From Candidatus Rokuibacteriota bacterium (GTDB lineage: Bacteria; Methylomirabilota; Methylomirabilia; Rokubacteriales; CSP1-6): a DNA stretch of 64,000 bases. The notes beneath the pieces were generated by a model. The model was not told the DNA's origin, ran no database searches, and saw only the letters and a list, made by a program, of their open reading frames with translations. The DNA is taken from contig QHSI01000101.1 in NCBI GenBank assembly GCA_003221515.1, positions 2,753 through 66,752 of the forward strand, in the 5' to 3' direction. Below, in pieces: positions 1 through 9,200 of the stretch. Within the stretch, counting starts at the first letter, position 1, and every line of letters starts with the position of its first letter. Both the position numbers and the translations under genes were made by a program.

Positions 1-1
1 C

Positions 2-1708
2 GTCTACGACGCGAGCGAAGACCGGTACACGCTCTACGCGGACGTCCAGTACCCGCATCGGGTCAGGAACGCGCTGGCGAGCAACATCTTCAAGGTCCCC
101 GAGCACAAGATCCGCGTCGTCGCCGGGGACGTCGGCGGCGCCTTCGGGACCAAGGGCTGGCAGTACCCCGAGCACAAGCTCGTCCTGTGGGCGGCGCGGA
201 AGCTTCGCCGGCCGGTCAAGTGGACGTGCGAGCGGCGCGAGGCGATCCTCGCCGACGAGCACGCGCGGGACAACGTCACCGACGCCGAGCTCGCGCTCGA
301 CGCCGACGGGCGGTTTCTGGGCATGCGCGTCCACACCCTCGCCAACGTCGGCGCGTACGTCTCCTCGGACCGAAATCTCTTGGCCACGTTCAGCAACGTG
401 GTCACGCTGGTCGGCGTCTACAAGTTCCAGGCGGCCTACGTGCACGTGACCAGCGTCATGACCAACACGAACTCGACGGCGCCGTACCGGGGCGCCGGGC
501 GGCCCGAGGCGACTTACGTGCTCGAGCGGTTGATCGACGACACGGCGCGCGAGCTCGGGCTCGATCCGGTGGAGCTACGGCGGAAGAACCTCATCCCGAC
601 CGCGGCGATGCCGTACCGGAACCCGCTCGGCGCCACCTACGACTGCGGCGACTTCGCGACCAGCATGGAGCGCGCCCTCAAGCTCGGCGAGGTCGCCGGC
701 TTCGCGCTCAGGCGCGACGAGGCGCGGCGGCGCGGCAAGCTGCGCGGCCTGGCCGTCGTCAACCCGATCGAGCAGGCGGCCGGCGCCCAGCCGGAGTTCG
801 CCGAGATCCGGTTCGCGCCGAGCGGCAGCGCGACCGTCCTCATGGGCTCGAAGAACCAGGGCCAGGGGCACGAGACCACGTTCAAGCAAATCCTCAACGA
901 GCGGCTCGGCCTCGACCCCAAGGACGTCCTCTACGTCGACGGTGACACGGACCGGGTCGCCTTCGGCATGGGGACGATGGGATCGCGATCGACGGTCATC
1001 GGCGGCACCGCGCTGTGGATGGCGGCCGACAAGGTGATCGCCAAGGGCAAGAAGATCGCGGCGCGCCTGCTGGAGGCGGCTGAGGCGGACGTCACGTTCG
1101 CCGACGGCAAATTCGGCGTGGTCGGCACCGATCGGACGGTCGTCCTCAAGGACGTGGCGCGCGCCGCGTTCCAGCCGGCGCAGCTCCCGCCGGGTGTCGA
1201 GCCCGGCCTCTACGAGACCGGGACGTTCTCGCCGAAGCAGGCGACGTGGCCGAACGGCTGCCACGTGTGCGAAGTGGAGGTCGACCCCGACACCGGCAAC
1301 GTCGCGCTCGCGAGCTACGTGATCGTCGACGACGTCGGCACCGTCATCAACCCGGTGACCCTCAAGGGCCAGATCCACGGCGGCGTGGCGCAGGGCGTGG
1401 GCCAGGCCCTGATGGAGCAGATCGTGTACGACCGGGAATCCGGTCAGCTCATGACCGCGTCGTTCATGGACTACGCGATCCCGCGCGGCGACACGTTCCC
1501 CGACATGCACATCGAGAGCAACCCCGTGCCCACCAAGCTCAACCCGCTCGGCGCCAAGGGCGCCGGCGAGGCCGGGACCGTGGGCGCCTTACCCGCCGTC
1601 ATGAACGCGGTCATCGACGCGCTCGCCCAGGTCGGCGTGCGCCAGCTCGACATGCCCGCGAGCGCCGAGCGGGTGTGGCAGGCCATCCAGGACGCGAGGA
1701 GACCATGA
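2..1708 (+). CDS. Xanthine dehydrogenase/CO dehydrogenase family molybdopterin-binding large subunit (CoxL/XdhA-like), 5'-partial; begins upstream of the window
   Basis: Frame 2 is open from base 2 ('[16 protein letters not shown]...[18 protein letters not shown]'). It continues through the 461-aa track ORF and carries the family signatures '[21 protein letters not shown]' and 'GGFGxK'. Stop is TGA at 1706-1708. Confidence 0.85.
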   Translation, partial: VYDASEDRYTLYADVQYPHRVRNALASNIFKVPEHKIRVVAGDVGGAFGTKGWQYPEHKLVLWAARKLRRPVKWTCERREAILADEHARDNVTDAELALDADGRFLGMRVHTLANVGAYVSSDRNLLATFSNVVTLVGVYKFQAAYVHVTSVMTNTNSTAPYRGAGRPEATYVLERLIDDTARELGLDPVELRRKNLIPTAAMPYRNPLGATYDCGDFATSMERALKLGEVAGFALRRDEARRRGKLRGLAVVNPIEQAAGAQPEFAEIRFAPSGSATVLMGSKNQGQGHETTFKQILNERLGLDPKDVLYVDGDTDRVAFGMGTMGSRSTVIGGTALWMAADKVIAKGKKIAARLLEAAEADVTFADGKFGVVGTDRTVVLKDVARAAFQPAQLPPGVEPGLYETGTFSPKQATWPNGCHVCEVEVDPDTGNVALASYVIVDDVGTVINPVTLKGQIHGGVAQGVGQALMEQIVYDRESGQLMTASFMDYAIPRGDTFPDMHIESNPVPTKLNPLGAKGAGEAGTVGALPAVMNAVIDALAQVGVRQLDMPASAERVWQAIQDARRP

Positions 1709-2292
1709 CGCTCGACGAAAAAGCGCTCGATCTGATCCTGCTCAAGGCCCGGACTCAGAACGGCTGGCTCCCGACGCCGGTCAGCGACGACCAGCTGCGG
1801 GCGATCTACGACATCATGAAATTCGGTCCCACCAGCGCCAACTCGTGTCCGGCGCGGTTGCTGTTCGTCCGAACGCCCGAGGCGAAGGCGCGGCTGCTGC
1901 CCGCGCTCAGCGCCGGCAACATGGAGAAGACCAAGCAGGCGCCGGTCACCGCGATCATCGGGTACGACCCGCGCTTCTACGAGTTGCTGCCGCGCCTGTT
2001 CCCGCACCGGCCCGAGATGAAGAACCCGTACGAGGCCAACGCCCAGCTCGCCGAGACGGTGGCATTCCGTAACGGCACGCTCCAGGGCGCGTACTTCATG
2101 ATCGCCGCGCGCGCGGTCGGGCTCGACGTGGGCGGGATGTCCGGGTTCGACAACGCGAAGGTGGACGCCGAGTTCTTCCCCGACGGGCGCGTGAAGTCCA
2201 ACTTCCTGTGCAACATCGGCCACGGCGACCCGAGCAAAGTTCTTCCGCGCCTTCCGCGCCTTCCGTTCGACGAGGTGTGCCGCATTCTGTAG
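1705..2292 (+). CDS. rutE: Nitroreductase-family malonic semialdehyde reductase RutE-like protein (195 aa)
   Basis: ATG at 1705 overlaps the upstream stop (ATGA). The product '[57 protein letters not shown]...[26 protein letters not shown]' aligns end to end with E. coli RutE from memory, including the C-terminal 'RLPRLsFEEaCgLL'. Confidence 0.75.
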   Translation: MTLDEKALDLILLKARTQNGWLPTPVSDDQLRAIYDIMKFGPTSANSCPARLLFVRTPEAKARLLPALSAGNMEKTKQAPVTAIIGYDPRFYELLPRLFPHRPEMKNPYEANAQLAETVAFRNGTLQGAYFMIAARAVGLDVGGMSGFDNAKVDAEFFPDGRVKSNFLCNIGHGDPSKVLPRLPRLPFDEVCRIL

Positions 2293-2380
2293 CGCGCGCC
2301 CCCGCCGCTACAGCCTTCCGACGTCCTCCGGCCAGGCGAGCATCCGCGCCTGCAACGCGCGCAGCCCCCGCGTGAGCCCG

Positions 2381-2476
2381 GAGCGAGATCCGATCGAGCG
2401 CCGTCACCGAGCGCCCGTGGCTCTCGAAGGTCACGCTGACTTCGTTCACGACGACTTTGGGTGAGCGTCCCGGCAT
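2381..2476 (-). pseudogene. N-terminal remnant (about 30 codons) of an ABC-transporter ATP-binding protein
   Basis: 'MPGRSPKVVVNEVSVTFESHGRSVTALDRISL' matches the N-terminus of NitT/TauT-type ATPases (vsv.F...g..v.aLd.isL). The Walker A region that should follow is absent: the sequence continues '...RAHAGAARVAG'. Confidence 0.3.
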
Positions 2477-2539
2477 TGATCTCTAAAACGGCGAGCGGCG
2501 GGTCGAGGCAAGATCCCGACCCGTCGCCCGGTGAGGTGA

Positions 2540-3052
2540 CTACTTCAGCGAGTCGATTCCAGCGCGGCCGATCTGGGCGTCCTGCGCCGAGGTGACGCCC
2601 GACACGCCGACGCTGCCGATGAGCTTGCCGTCGACGACGATCGGGATCCCACCCTCGAGCGGGCTCGCGCCGGGCACCCGGAGGATCCTCAAATTGTTAC
2701 CGCCCTGGGCCAGCGCGTCGTCGAAAGCTTTGGTAGGCCGGCGGAACGCGACGGCCGAGTAAGCCTTCTCGCGCGCGACCTCGATGCTCCCGAACTGCGC
2801 GCCGTCCATCCGCTGCACCATCACGATGTTGCCGCCCGAGTCGAGCACGACGATGCAGACGTTCCAGCTGTTCTTCTTCGCCTCGGCCTCGGCGCCCGCC
2901 ATGACCTTCTTGGCCTGCTCGAGGCTGATCGCCATGCCGTACGGCGGCGGTGGGGGCGGTGCCGCGGCTGGCGGCTGCTGTGCGCTTGCCGTTGTGGCGG
3001 CCAGGACTAACGCCGCGCCGATGAGGGGGGACAGGAGCCGTTCCATCTTCAT
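2540..3052 (-). CDS. GlcG/HbpS-like heme-binding protein (DUF336), secreted
   Basis: 170 aa with an N-terminal signal peptide 'MKMERLLSPLIGAALVLAATTASA'. Conserved DUF336 core '...AKKNSWNVCIVVLDSGGNIVMVQRMDGAQFGSIEVAREKAYSAVAF...IPIVVDGKLIGSVGVSG'. Confidence 0.75.
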   Translation of the reverse strand: MKMERLLSPLIGAALVLAATTASAQQPPAAAPPPPPPYGMAISLEQAKKVMAGAEAEAKKNSWNVCIVVLDSGGNIVMVQRMDGAQFGSIEVAREKAYSAVAFRRPTKAFDDALAQGGNNLRILRVPGASPLEGGIPIVVDGKLIGSVGVSGVTSAQDAQIGRAGIDSLK

Positions 3053-3151
3053 GGGTGTCCTCCGGGGTGAGTGGATTGTGGGATGTCGCTTCGTTCACTC
3101 GGGGTCGCTGTCGAAGGTTCCCTATACCACACTTGCCTTCGACGGGGATCT

Positions 3152-3397
3152 GTGTGTAAAACGCGAACCATCAACATCGAGATCAGACGCTGCGCGATCT
3201 GAATGGACTTGCGGCGCGAGGCGGTCCGCCTCCGCGACGAGCTCCAGACGACCCTTCACGTGCCGGCGAAGATTCGCTGGGGCGGCCTTGGCGAGCTGAC
3301 GGTCATCGTCGACGGTCGCACCGTGTTCTCCAAGCGCGGGGCCGGCCGTATTCCCGAGCCCGGCGAGATCACGCGCCTCGTCGAGTCCCCACGCTGA
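3152..3397 (+). CDS. SelW/Rdx-family selenoprotein (about 81 aa); selenocysteine is encoded by in-frame TGA at 3200-3202 in a CAIU (CxxU) motif
   Basis: Reading frame 2 upstream of the 64-aa track ORF (3203-3397) gives 'VCKTRTINIEIRRCAI-TGA-MDLRREAVRLRDELQ...GGLGELTVIVDGRTVFSKRGAGRIPEPGEITRLVESPR'. This fits the Rdx/SelW pattern i.IxYC..U..RA..L..EL...GG.FEV.vdG..i.SK...G.FPe...i..lv. The proposed start is GTG at 3152, 5 nt downstream of a GGGGA ribosome-binding site. A SECIS-like hairpin starts 13 nt after the UGA. Confidence 0.7.
3215..3236 (+). promoter_or_regulatory. Bacterial SECIS-like hairpin immediately downstream of the UGA (Sec) codon
   Basis: 5' arm GCG-GAGGC (3215-3222), apical loop GGUCC (3223-3227), 3' arm GCCUC-C-GCG (3228-3236). 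That is 5+3 base pairs with one bulged C. The GGUC-containing apical loop and the 11-13-nt spacing from UGA match fdhF-type bacterial SECIS elements. Confidence 0.55.
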
Positions 3398-3726
3398 TCG
3401 TGCAGCGATCGAGGAGGCTTCCATGACCCGGATTTGGACGGTCACGATGCGGCTCGCCGCGGCGGACCGGCGCCAAGGCCGACGTGATCCGCCGCGCGGG
3501 CGCATGTGCCCGACCCGAATCTCGAGAGGGATCCCGCGGTGCTCGACTCGATGCAGCGGCTCAGCGGCGAGTACGGCTTCCTCAAGTACAAGGACCTGCT
3601 GCCGCCGGCCAGGCTGTGCAACTTCAGCTACCGCGATCGCGCGGTGGCCGAGCTCGGCAAGAAGTAGCCACGCTCGATCCACACGCGTTCCGGCGCGACG
3701 ACCAGTCGTCGGAACGCTCCCCTCAC

Positions 3727-4944
3727 CTACACGTCGAGCTCCAGAACATACAGGCCGCCGATCAGGCGGTCGACCGCGTAGACGATCCGGCGCTCGTCCA
3801 CGAACACGTCGTTGATCTGGATGGCGCCGGCCTTCGATCCGGCCGGCGCGTCCGGGACGCAGTACGCGACTTCCTCCGGCCGGAACGGGTTGGAGACGTC
3901 GAAGACGCGCACGCCGCCGTTGAAGAACGTGCCGAAGATGAGCGTCTCGGAGACGAACGATCCCGGTACCGGCCGGTTCTCGTGCAGGTTGTGGGCGCCG
4001 TACCGGCCGCCGCGTCCGGCGAATTCGCCGACCGGCGGGATCGGGCACGTCGCGATCGGCACCGGATTCGTCTCGTCCCTGACGTCGACCACCCACACGA
4101 GCTTAGGCCAGTCAGCGCCACCGACCGCGGTGGCCTCGTCGGAGACGATCATCAGCTGCGGGTCGAAGAGCGGCAGGACCGTGTGCGTGAAGCCCGGATA
4201 CGGCGGGTGATAGTCCCAGCGGCTCACCAGCTTGGGTCGGGCCATGTCCGAGATATCGAGGACGATCGCGCCGGCGTCGAGATAGCCGATCCACGCGCGG
4301 TCGGGTCGCCGCGGGTAGACGTTCGTGTTGTGGGCGCGGAAGCCCGCGTCGATCTTGGTGTGCCGCGTCGGCGCCGGCTCGGAATCTCCGTCGCGCGTGC
4401 CCGGGAGCCACCAGCGGCCGACCTCGACCGGGCGCGTGGGCTGGCGCACGTCGATGATCCGATAGAACTGATCGTCCTTGGGATTGCGCGGCTTGAAGTC
4501 GCCCGCACCGCTCGCCAGGTGCAGATACGCCCCGTCGACGAACCACATGTGATGCACGCCCCGCGAGTGGGGCCCGGAGGCGTCGAAGAACGCGACCGAC
4601 TTCGGATGGTTCGGGTCGGAGACGTCGAAGAATTCGACACCCGCCGGCTTCAAGCCGACCCGGCTCGTCTGGTACGGGACGATGAGCAGGTCGCCCAGCA
4701 GCTCCAGGTTGTTCGACCGCATGTCGCCGTGCGGCAGATCGGTCTGGAGGATGACCGAGGGCTTGCGGGGATCCGTCACGTCCACGGCGGTGAAGTTCTT
4801 GGGGGCCGACTCGTGGCCGAGCCACAGGATGCGCCGGCCGTCGCGGGCGAGCTGGATCGCCATGCCCTCGCCGACGTTGCCGAAGCCCCCGAGGTCGTTG
4901 TGGCTCAGGAGCCGCATATTCTTCATCGCGCCGTTCTGTGCCAT
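3727..4944 (-). CDS. LVIVD-repeat beta-propeller protein (hypothetical, 405 aa)
   Basis: Uninterrupted 405-aa ORF with repeated 'xGxYVadxxxGLxIVDvSdP'-like segments ('IGYLDAGAIVLDISDMARPKL', 'GGLYVLELDV'). Confidence 0.7.
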   Translation of the reverse strand: MAQNGAMKNMRLLSHNDLGGFGNVGEGMAIQLARDGRRILWLGHESAPKNFTAVDVTDPRKPSVILQTDLPHGDMRSNNLELLGDLLIVPYQTSRVGLKPAGVEFFDVSDPNHPKSVAFFDASGPHSRGVHHMWFVDGAYLHLASGAGDFKPRNPKDDQFYRIIDVRQPTRPVEVGRWWLPGTRDGDSEPAPTRHTKIDAGFRAHNTNVYPRRPDRAWIGYLDAGAIVLDISDMARPKLVSRWDYHPPYPGFTHTVLPLFDPQLMIVSDEATAVGGADWPKLVWVVDVRDETNPVPIATCPIPPVGEFAGRGGRYGAHNLHENRPVPGSFVSETLIFGTFFNGGVRVFDVSNPFRPEEVAYCVPDAPAGSKAGAIQINDVFVDERRIVYAVDRLIGGLYVLELDV

Positions 4945-4992
4945 GGCAGTTCTCCCCTTGTCGATTCGTGAGCGGCGGAAGCCGATGGTGCG

Positions 4993-6774
4993 TCAGCGCC
5001 GCGCCATGCGCTCCTGCATCGCGGCGCGCTCGCCGCTGATGTCGGCGTCGTAGCCGGGCCGTACACGCGCGTCGATGACGACGACGTCGCCGTCCTGCAC
5101 CGCGCGCACGCCCTGCGCGATCGCGCTCCGCAGCTTGTCGGGATCCGTCACCGGGCCGATGCCCTTGGCGCCCTGCGCGACCGCGAGCATGGCCAGGTCG
5201 ATGTCCGGCTCGTTGATCCGCTGGCCGATCCACTTGTTCTCGACCGGTCGCCCGCGCAGCCGCGCGACGCGCTCCTGGTGGGCTTCGTCGTTGTAGAACG
5301 ACCGGTTGTTACAGATCAGGAACAGCGCGGGGATCTTGTAGTGGGCCGCGGTCCACAGCGCGGTTACGCTCATCAGGTAGTCGCCGTCGCCGAGCATGCC
5401 GATCGTCACGCGGCCAGTGCCCTTGAGGGCCAGCGCGGCGCCGACCGTGAGGCCGGGCCCCGCCCCCACACCCGCGCCGCCGTCGCCGCCGAGATAGTCG
5501 AGCGGGTGATCGAAGTGGCGGCCCTCGCCCGGCCAGCCGAGCGGCAGGCGCGTCAGGCACACGTCGATGCCCTCCGTGGCTTCGTTGAGCGCGTCGGCGA
5601 CGGCCCGGAGGCTCAGGACCTCGTGCGGGCGCCGCGCCGGCTCCGGCGCGCGCGGCGGCGGCGTGTGCGCGCGGGCGCGGCAGGCCTCGAGCAGCAGGGG
5701 CACGGCGACGTCGGGCTCGGCGAGGAGCTGGACGTCCACCGGAGGCAGCCCGAAGTACTCCATGCCGAAGCCCCGATGCAGATGGACATCGACCGACGCC
5801 GAGACGATCTTGGCGCCGACGGGCTGATCCGCGTACACCTGCTTGAGCGTTCCGGCCAGATCGATCCAGTCGAGGGCGAGGACCACGTCGGCCTCGCGCA
5901 CGACGCGGACGGCGGCCTCGGAGAGATAGGTGCCGGGCGGCCCGACGTGCAAGGGATGGCGGGTCGGAAAGCTGGCCCCCGGCTTGAGGTCGGTGACCAC
6001 CCGCGCGCCGAGCTTCTCGGCGAGCGCGACGCGGGCCCGCCAGCTCTCGATCGTGCGCCGGCCGCGACCGACCATGATCACCGGCGCCGCGGCGCCGGAG
6101 AGCAGCGCGGCGGCGCGCGCCATCAGCTCGGGCGCCGGGCGCGGCGGCTCGGGCGCCTGGAAGCGCGACGCGTCGGGAAGCGGCGGCAGGCCGCCGAGCT
6201 TGGCTTCTTGTAATCCCGCGTCGAGGTTCACGTAGGTGGGGCCGCACGGAGCCGTCGTGGCCATCTGCGCCGCGCGCAGGAGGGCGTCGTAGGCCGCCGG
6301 CACCGACGCCGGCTGGTTGTCCCACTTGGTGAAGCCGCGGATCAGCGCGCCCTGATCGGACGCGGTGTGGATCCAGTCGATCCAGGGCCGGCGCTTGGCC
6401 GCGTCCCACGGCCCCGTGGCGCCGAGGATCAGCATCGGGACCCTGTCGCACCACGCGTTGAAGATCGCCATGCTGCCGTTCAGCAAACCGACGTTCGAGT
6501 GCAGGATGGCGCCCATCATCCGGCCGCTGGCCTTTGCGTAGCCGTGCGCCATCGCGATCGCGTGCTGCTCGTGCAGGCACAGCAGCATCTGCGGATGCTG
6601 GTTGCCGATGTGGTTGACCAGGCTATCGTGGAGCCCGCGGAAGCTCGCCCCGGGCACCAGGGCCACCCAGGGCACGTCGAGCGCCTGGAGCATGCGGGCG
6701 ATGGCGTCGCTCGACCACAGCTCGTCGCGGGAGGTCGAAGGCAGCGGCGTCTCGGGAACGATCGTCGGCTTCAT
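4993..6774 (-). CDS. Thiamine-pyrophosphate-dependent enzyme (acetolactate synthase / benzoylformate decarboxylase / glyoxylate carboligase superfamily), 593 aa
   Basis: Start ATG at 6774-6772 ('MKPTIVPETPL...') is preceded by GGAGGAAAACAGAG. N-terminal pyrimidine-binding domain and C-terminal TPP motif 'GMLGDGDYLMSVTALWTAAHYKIPALFLICNNRSF' (GDG...NN). The longer track ORF start at 6849 lacks a ribosome-binding site. Confidence 0.8.
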   Translation of the reverse strand: MKPTIVPETPLPSTSRDELWSSDAIARMLQALDVPWVALVPGASFRGLHDSLVNHIGNQHPQMLLCLHEQHAIAMAHGYAKASGRMMGAILHSNVGLLNGSMAIFNAWCDRVPMLILGATGPWDAAKRRPWIDWIHTASDQGALIRGFTKWDNQPASVPAAYDALLRAAQMATTAPCGPTYVNLDAGLQEAKLGGLPPLPDASRFQAPEPPRPAPELMARAAALLSGAAAPVIMVGRGRRTIESWRARVALAEKLGARVVTDLKPGASFPTRHPLHVGPPGTYLSEAAVRVVREADVVLALDWIDLAGTLKQVYADQPVGAKIVSASVDVHLHRGFGMEYFGLPPVDVQLLAEPDVAVPLLLEACRARAHTPPPRAPEPARRPHEVLSLRAVADALNEATEGIDVCLTRLPLGWPGEGRHFDHPLDYLGGDGGAGVGAGPGLTVGAALALKGTGRVTIGMLGDGDYLMSVTALWTAAHYKIPALFLICNNRSFYNDEAHQERVARLRGRPVENKWIGQRINEPDIDLAMLAVAQGAKGIGPVTDPDKLRSAIAQGVRAVQDGDVVVIDARVRPGYDADISGERAAMQERMARR

Positions 6775-7085
6775 CTCTGTTTTCCTCCCCGGGGCGCCGG
6801 TCGGCGCCGCGAGCGCAGCCAGCGTACTCGGCGGCGCGGCGCGCCGCAAGACCGGGGAGCTCGCCGACCGCCGACAGCTCTGCCTCGGCTTCCGTGAGCC
6901 AGAGCTCCATGGCCGCGTTGAACCGGAGCTCGACCCGGTTCAACCGCTCGCCGGCGAGCTGGACGACTCGCGCGGGGGTGATCGAGCGGCGCCGGGAGGA
7001 TCGGCCGACGCCGTGGACGACGAGCACCGCGCTCGGCCCGCGCGTTCCGTCGGCACGCCGAGCGTCGCCCGTCTGCGCCTCGCCG

Positions 7086-7445
7086 TCAGCTGCCTCGGTA
7101 GGTCGTGTAGCCGTACGGGGAAACGAGCAACGGCACATGATAGTGCGCCGCGGCGTCGGCGATTGCAAAGCGGATGGGGATCTGGTCGAGGAATGGCGGG
7201 TCCACCGAGGTCGCGCCGGAGGCGCGGAAGTAGGGGCCGACGTGGAAGAGGAGCTCGTAGCGCCCGAGCTCCATGTCGGCGGGACCGAGGAGTGGGGCAT
7301 CGCACCGGCCGTCAGCGTTGGTCGTGACGCTCTTGACCAGGCGCGTGCGCCCGTCGGCCTCGACGCGGGAGAGATCGATCCGGAGGCCGGCCGCCGGCCG
7401 GCCGCGAGACGTGTCGAGGACGTGGGTCGTGAGGCCGGGGCTCAT
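7086..7445 (-). CDS. uraH: 5-hydroxyisourate hydrolase (transthyretin-like), 119 aa
   Basis: '[25 protein letters not shown]...[18 protein letters not shown]' carries the HIUase C-terminal YRGS signature. Its ATG overlaps the uraD stop (ATGA at 7442-7445). Confidence 0.9.
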   Translation of the reverse strand: MSPGLTTHVLDTSRGRPAAGLRIDLSRVEADGRTRLVKSVTTNADGRCDAPLLGPADMELGRYELLFHVGPYFRASGATSVDPPFLDQIPIRFAIADAAAHYHVPLLVSPYGYTTYRGS

Positions 7446-7966
7446 CGGGCACTCACGAGCCAATCGAGACGGAGACGCGCGATCTCGAAGACCTGGGCGA
7501 GCGCGGTTGCGATTTCCTGCTCGGACGTGTTGAGCAGTCGCGTCTCGAACGCGGCCAGGATCGCGTGCTTGTCGTGTCGGCGCACCGCGATGATGAACGG
7601 AAACCCGAACTTCTCGCGATACGCCGCGTTCAGCCGGCCGAACCGCGCGAACTCGGCGTCGTCGAGCCGATCCAGCCCGGCGCTCGATTGCTCGGCGACG
7701 GAGGCCGGGCTCAGCGCCCCGGCTCGCGCGGCCCGCCCGGCCAGGTCCGGGTGGGCGCGAAGCAGCGCGAGCCGCTCGTCGCGCGAGGCGCGACGCACGG
7801 CCGCCACCATCGCCGCGTGCAGATCCTCGACGGTGGCGAACGGGCGCGCCGGCGCCACGCGGCCCGCGACCCAGGGCGAACGCTCGAAGACTTCCCCCAG
7901 CGCCCGCTCGAACTCCGCGGCGCGCACCCGGTTCAGCGCCTCGAGCGTGAGCGTCACCGCCGCCAC
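7442..7966 (-). CDS. uraD: 2-oxo-4-hydroxy-4-carboxy-5-ureidoimidazoline (OHCU) decarboxylase, about 174 aa
   Basis: '...[31 protein letters not shown]...[48 protein letters not shown]' matches the OHCU decarboxylase family. Proposed GTG start at 7966, 2 nt after the puuD stop (7969-7971). The rest of the 441-aa track ORF is an upstream-frame artefact. Confidence 0.8.
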   Translation of the reverse strand: MAAVTLTLEALNRVRAAEFERALGEVFERSPWVAGRVAPARPFATVEDLHAAMVAAVRRASRDERLALLRAHPDLAGRAARAGALSPASVAEQSSAGLDRLDDAEFARFGRLNAAYREKFGFPFIIAVRRHDKHAILAAFETRLLNTSEQEIATALAQVFEIARLRLDWLVSAR

Positions 7967-7968
7967 GC

Positions 7969-9183
7969 TCAGCGGCCCCGCGTGCGGACGTCGATCGCGG
8001 CCCCCTGATCGACCCAGCGGGCCAGCAGATCGCGCTCGGCGTCCGTCATGCCGGTCTTGTTGGCGAGCGGCATATTTTTCAGAATTGCCACGCGCATACG
8101 GATCGTTTCGGCGCGGGCGCGGATGCTCTCCGGCGTGTCGAACGTCACCCCGTTGGGCGCGATGCGAAAGATATCGTCGCTCGGCCGCTCGGAGTGGCAG
8201 GACACGCAGCGATGAGCGATGACCGTGTTGGCCGCGTCGAACGCGACGCGCTCCCCGCCCCTGGTCGCGGCGCCGAGCCACGCCGGCGACGTCAGGTAGA
8301 CGACCGCGGCGACGGCCGCGGCGACGGGCACGAGCCACCAGTCGGCGCGCCGGCCGTGCTCGCGCGCGATCATGACGTGACGGACCCCCGCGCCCACGAC
8401 GATGAGCAGCCAGAGGACCAGCCAGTTCAGCCGATGGCCGTACGTCAGCGGATAGTGGTGGCTCAGCATCATGAAGATCACGGGGAACGTCACGTAGCTG
8501 TTGTGGGTCGACCGCTGCTTGGCGCGCGTGGCCAGCGTGGCGTCCGGCGTGCGGCCCGCCGTGGCGGCGGCGATCTGGTCGCGCTGGGCCGGCACGATGC
8601 GCATCCACACGTTCGCCACCATGATCGTCCCGAGCATGGCGCCGGTGTGGATGTACGCGGCGCGGCCGCTCAGCACGCGCGTGAGCCCGTACACGACGGC
8701 CAGCAGCAGCGCCCACGAGAGCACGGTGGCGGCGCGGCCCCCGTCGCGGGCGAGCGGCGAGCTCCACACGAGGTCATACACCGCCCACGCGACGACGAGG
8801 AGGCCGATCCCCAGCGCGACCGCCTGGCCGGGACCGATCGCGGAGATGGCGGGATCCACGAGGTACACGCCGCGCGTGAGGTAGTAGACGATGACCAGCA
8901 GCGCGAAGCCGGTGAGCCAGGTCATCGCGGCTTCCCACTTGAACCAGTGGATCGGCGCCGGCAGCTGGCCCGGCGGGAGCTTGCGCCGCTCGACGAGGTA
9001 GAAGCCGCCGCTGTGGAGCAGCCAGGTGTGGCCCTCCACGTCGGGCCGCGACGGGTCGTTCCGGATCAGCGCGGCGTCGAGCCACATGAAGTAGAGCGAC
9101 GTGCCGATCCAGCCGATGCCGGCGATCAGGTGGACCCAGCGGAAGCCGACATTGAGCCAGTCGAGGATCCAGGCGTCGATCAT
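7969..9183 (-). CDS. puuD: Membrane-bound cytochrome-c urate hydroxylase PuuD (404 aa)
   Basis: Multi-transmembrane N-terminal region plus a C-terminal periplasmic c-type heme motif 'CVSCH' ('...[30 protein letters not shown]...[21 protein letters not shown]'). This is the architecture described for PuuD urate oxidases. Confidence 0.8.
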   Translation of the reverse strand: MIDAWILDWLNVGFRWVHLIAGIGWIGTSLYFMWLDAALIRNDPSRPDVEGHTWLLHSGGFYLVERRKLPPGQLPAPIHWFKWEAAMTWLTGFALLVIVYYLTRGVYLVDPAISAIGPGQAVALGIGLLVVAWAVYDLVWSSPLARDGGRAATVLSWALLLAVVYGLTRVLSGRAAYIHTGAMLGTIMVANVWMRIVPAQRDQIAAATAGRTPDATLATRAKQRSTHNSYVTFPVIFMMLSHHYPLTYGHRLNWLVLWLLIVVGAGVRHVMIAREHGRRADWWLVPVAAAVAAVVYLTSPAWLGAATRGGERVAFDAANTVIAHRCVSCHSERPSDDIFRIAPNGVTFDTPESIRARAETIRMRVAILKNMPLANKTGMTDAERDLLARWVDQGAAIDVRTRGR

Positions 9184-9200
9184 CAGGCCCCCACCCTACG

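Noticed and set aside
575-1510. Long antisense or alternative-frame ORFs throughout the track. Examples: 575-1510(-), 3122-4096(-), 3484-4971(+), 5309-6580(-), 10372-12216(-), 11540-12859(-), 13676-15328(-), 16838-18166(-), 17934-19862(-), 21660-23153(-), 25327-26961(-), 36506-38332(-), 42185-43303(+), 53957-54204(-), 62229-63242(+).
   Set aside because: Each overlaps, in another frame or strand, a gene with clear family-level similarity. The translations are Arg/Ala/Gly/Pro-rich low-complexity strings typical of stop-codon depletion in high-GC DNA, with no motif content.
3539-3667. Small ORF 'VLDSMQRLSGEYGFLKYKDLLPPARLCNFSYRDRAVAELGKK' (about 42 aa) in the convergent intergenic gap between the SelW-like gene and the LVIVD-protein gene
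   Set aside because: No recognisable family, no convincing ribosome-binding site, and below the length where coding can be supported by sequence alone.
6775-7085. Possible small regulator in the 311-bp gap between uraH and the TPP-enzyme gene (minus-frame peptide '...ARVVQLAGERLNRVELRFNAAMELWLTEAEAEL')
   Set aside because: No start codon with a ribosome-binding site could be fixed. All three frames are open here, so the protein-like appearance is not decisive.
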